A stretch of DNA of 64,000 nt from Gordius albopunctatus (lineage: Eukaryota), in the NCBI GenBank assembly GCA_964276515.1, contig OZ193909.1:6076001-6140000 (forward strand), written 5' to 3'. This document shows, piece by piece, positions 60,488 to 64,000 of this stretch (positions are counted from its first letter, which is position 1; each line of letters opens with the position of its first letter). The notes below the pieces were generated by a model that was not told the DNA's origin, searched no databases, and saw nothing but the letters and a program-made list of their open reading frames with translations. The position numbers and the translations under genes are program-made.

Positions 60488-63271
60488 TTAAGATTTGGAC
60501 ACTAAGGTATCAATATAGCCATCAGCAAATTTCATCCTTCGAGCCAATCCACGGCTCATGCCATTCACTTTAAGCAGGTTAAATTTGTAGGTTTTAAAGT
60601 TCTTTTCTTGATCGATGTATGAAACCTAGAGATATAAACGAGAATGTAAACGTAAAAAATTCGATATTGACTTTGTGATTCCATTCCACAATCAGACCAA
60701 GTTTTTAGTTTTTTCCCAAAACTTCCAGTTTTTAAGATAAACGAGGTTTAAGATGCAAAAAGATAAAAATTTCGTGGCAATATAGCCTAAAAAAAGTTAA
60801 AATGAGAATTTGTTGCATCTTCAACCTCGTTTATCTAAAAAATTGAAAGTTTTGGGGAAAAAAACTAAAATTAGAATATTATTCAGCGCAAAGTTCTCCA
60901 TCAGAATTATAGGTCAGATTGCTGAATGTTTTTTATAGACCTGTGTTATATATAATAACAAAATCGTACCAATAAATCCTATAAAACAATAAAATCTTTG
61001 TCTTGCGATTAATATCAATCAACAATGGCAAAGTGGTCAAAATATCTTATAAGTGGATTCCTTGTTAAAGTGATTTAAAAAGCGCAAATTTCGACCAACT
61101 GCCTTGTGAAATTTAATGAGGACGTAAAAAAGTTTTACAGCATTTGGACAATTATTTTTTAATTTTGGATGAATATAGGTAAAAAATCGGTTCTTGAAAA
61201 CAATATAATTTGATAAATTTATTTAATACCATTCCATTGTGTAGTATCGAATTTTTTTCCAATAATGGTAATTTAGGGTGTTCACTATTATTTTTCAACT
61301 GGTTTTTATTAATTCTGTTTTGTCGAAACCTTATATGTACCTTCATTTGTAATTTCCCTTCTCTTTTTAATTTAACCTCGTCATTCGTTCCTTATTTGTA
61401 ATTCACCTCACTTGTAATCCACTTTTTTTTGCTTAATTATTGATAATGGTCGCTGGACGACCGAAACATCTAAACCCATTTCCACCCTCTCATTTCATCA
61501 ATCCCAAATTAACATTATTGGAAACAAATTCCATACAGTATAAATTGATTTTTAAAGTATTCAGTCCCTAATCTTAAAAGGGATCGGTAAAAAGGTAGCA
61601 ATTTGACACTGACTCCCCATCACAATGTTTTTGAAAGTGATTATTTCTTTTTGACAAAAATCAACAAAATTTAATCACACTACTCGCAGCTCTATTCGAC
61701 ACCATTCATATTAGTTGGTTTAAAAACATTGGGGTGCCAAAGCAACAAACTCCTTAGAACTTGCACGTTATATAAGTAAGTATAAATAATTTTCTGTCCT
61801 GCAGCCTTAGCTTTAATATATCATTTACCAACGTCTCGACTATACAATGTACACATTGAAGTCATTAAGCAAAAATTAGTGGGTTCCCATCAAATTTTCA
61901 TTTGAATAGCCTTTGCCTAATATCGCCTTAAAAATCGAGAGCACAAATTGTATAAAGTAAGGCTGGGGTGTTATCCCTCCCCAAGGCAACTTACAGCTTG
62001 CATGAGGGGACACAGGATGAGTTTGGTGTGGTCGGCGAAGAAATTGACTTGCAAAGTGCCGTTGGTTAGGTGGAAAAATATGGCGCTCTCCGTCCTGTGC
62101 CAAACTCGGAGAAAGGGAAGGCGCGAGATGTCATCCCTTTTGCGAATCGCAACCGTGGCCCCAGTCTATATAAATATTAATAAATAAATATTTATATATG
62201 GCAACTAGTCGGGCACAAAAACAAAAATGGAATTTGAGCTCGAGCGAGGTCGAAATATTGAAGTAAAGCGGCGGTCATTAGATGATCTATATGGGGAAGC
62301 AAAATAAAAGTCTTTTGCAGAAACTCAAGTCCAGAGCCATTCGAAACCCGTGTAAGTTTCCACGGCAATCATTAGAAAATTAAAAGTTAATTAGGACAAA
62401 ACGAACAACCAAAAGGGAGCCTATAAATTGTATAGTAATTAATATATTATGTCTGAGCACTGTTTAAAGATATTGATTTAATATAGCATCACGGCCTCTT
62501 AATAAACTCCTACAAATTAATAGTAAAAGATGGGTAGGAGGGGGCCAAAGAAACCCAAAAACTTTGGTCAAGACCTGACTGGCTTCTAACTAAGCGTTCA
62601 AAGACCTTTCTATATGTATTTATTCCATCTTTGAACGCAAGCGTTTCTAATTTAATATTAAGCGCGGCAATGATAAACTAAGTCAAAAACAGGGTTTTAA
62701 GACGAAATATTTTCCAAGTATAAATATTTTTTTAAACATTCATGATTGTATTCAAGTTAGTTTACTAATAAAACTAGGCTCACTTATCTGCCTTTTAACA
62801 CACAATGCCTAAAAAGAAAATTCCTTTGAGAATAAATCCACAAATAATAAAACGTCACGGAGTAATCAGCGAGGAAAAAACAGTGGTAAATCAATTTACT
62901 ATTAAAACATTAAAAAAGTTAAAATGTCTTCAATAACAAATACGAAATTTTTAATTGGTTATAACATTGTACAAAAACTTAATTAGTTCATAATGTATAG
63001 AGCGCAATATAATTAAGGAATAAACGAAAATTCAAACAAATTTTAAAATTTGTTTATTAGCCTTAATAAAATCAAAAAATTTTAAAGTCTGATATTTATT
63101 CGTAATTACTTCTTGTTGTAAAGGGAGAAGGAACGACTTACTTTTATGAGATTTTCGTTCATGTATTGTTGGAAGTAGTTCAATACGGTAGTTTTCTTTT
63201 TGAGTGCTTCGGGGTATTGCTGGGCCGTAAAGTATTCTTCCTGTCCATTTTTATCAATGTACTCCAGCGTT
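60488..63271 (-). CDS. PLK1: Polo-like kinase, 3' exons encoding the polo-box domain (gene continues beyond the window)
   Basis: Exons 63271-63142 (TLEYIDKNGQEEYF..LKKKTTVLNYFQQYMNENLIK), 62165-61995 (TGA..RLPFLRVWHRTESAIFFHLTNGTLQVNFFADHTKLILCPLMQA) and 60625-60488 (VSYIDQEKNFKTYKF..LARRMKFA..*), all with GT-AG boundaries. Not captured by the ORF track. Confidence 0.92.
60690..60945. repeat. Foldback MITE-like repeat in a PLK intron
   Basis: ~55-bp inverted arms at ~60702-60758 and ~60813-60870. The distal part is the reverse complement of the 35028/32215 repeats. Confidence 0.65.
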
Positions 63272-64000
63272 CTTTAAAGAAGTAATGTTCTTATGCATTA
63301 ACTCAAAACATAACAAGATGTTTGAATGAGTGATAAGTTAAAATTGGTATCACCTTTAAATCTGATTTAGGCATGGCCTTTAATTATAAAACCGCGTTTT
63401 CTAACATTATAAATCATACCATCTTCTCTAAATATGTTTTATGCAAAACTGCAACAAAACCCATGGAATAACGCTAAAAATAACACCATTCGCCAAACCT
63501 TGAAACGGGCTAAACCGTTTGGCATTCTAAACCCAAAACTACATAAATATAATATTTATCCATTCATTGTAGAATGAGAATGAACGGTTAAAAACTTAGC
63601 ATCTATAGATCTACTAACAAAAATGATGTCAGACTAAATATGGAAATCTAATAAAATGTTTAAATAATATTTTTGTAAACCTGCTTATATTTTATTATCT
63701 TTAGCAACTTAAATTATAGGTATTGCCAGGTCAAGGTGGTCCCTAAATAACCGAGCGAACCTGAGTTCTGAATATTGGTTCTTTAAATCACATCCTTTAA
63801 CAAGTAAAACAAACTAAAAAATAACAGTCAGGGAGATACGTGCCATAATTAAATCATTTTAACTTACTTACTACCAGCTATGATATGGACATTTCACGAC
63901 AAATTAAATGTTCACTATAACCTGTAATCGTTAGTCATAGAGCGAATACGGTATTAAAAGCACGTTGCATCTAAAAGTCAAACCTATTTTGAATATCCAA

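Noticed and set aside
61876..62187. ORF-track proteins 61876-62103 (-) and 61948-62187 (+)
   Set aside because: The true coding frame is a different minus-strand frame (polo-box exon 61995-62165).

Overview
AT-rich, intron-containing invertebrate animal genomic DNA; the species cannot be identified from sequence alone. Five spliced host genes were reconstructed by hand from GT-AG boundaries. (1) A probably complete MASK/ANKHD1-ANKRD17 ankyrin+KH gene (minus, 10-19290, 32 exons, ~3806 aa). (2) A complete mitochondrial Rho GTPase Miro (minus, 32725-40757, 19 exons, ~616 aa). (3) A GPI-anchored Ly6/uPAR three-finger protein (plus, 43833-52677). (4) An alpha-1,3-fucosyltransferase, GT10 (plus, 54767-58821). 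(5) The last three exons (polo-box domain) of a Polo/PLK1 kinase (minus, 60488-63271). Intergenic and intronic space holds a full-length but decayed RTE LINE, RTE 3' fragments, two CRE-clade retrotransposon remnants, hAT elements and MITEs, and Helitron-like elements with a 596-nt (TATG)n array. The most notable observation is that the RTE begins, at its target-site-duplication boundary, with the 3' cleavage product of a twister ribozyme. Also notable: 5'-clustered 35-45-nt micro-introns (two fold as hairpins) that coincide with CpG-depleted 5' gene domains, a Ly6 protein with a furin-type RKRRRR site inside its LU domain, and a CRE insertion with a 24-bp TSD. All counts and coordinates are manual readings, not computed results.
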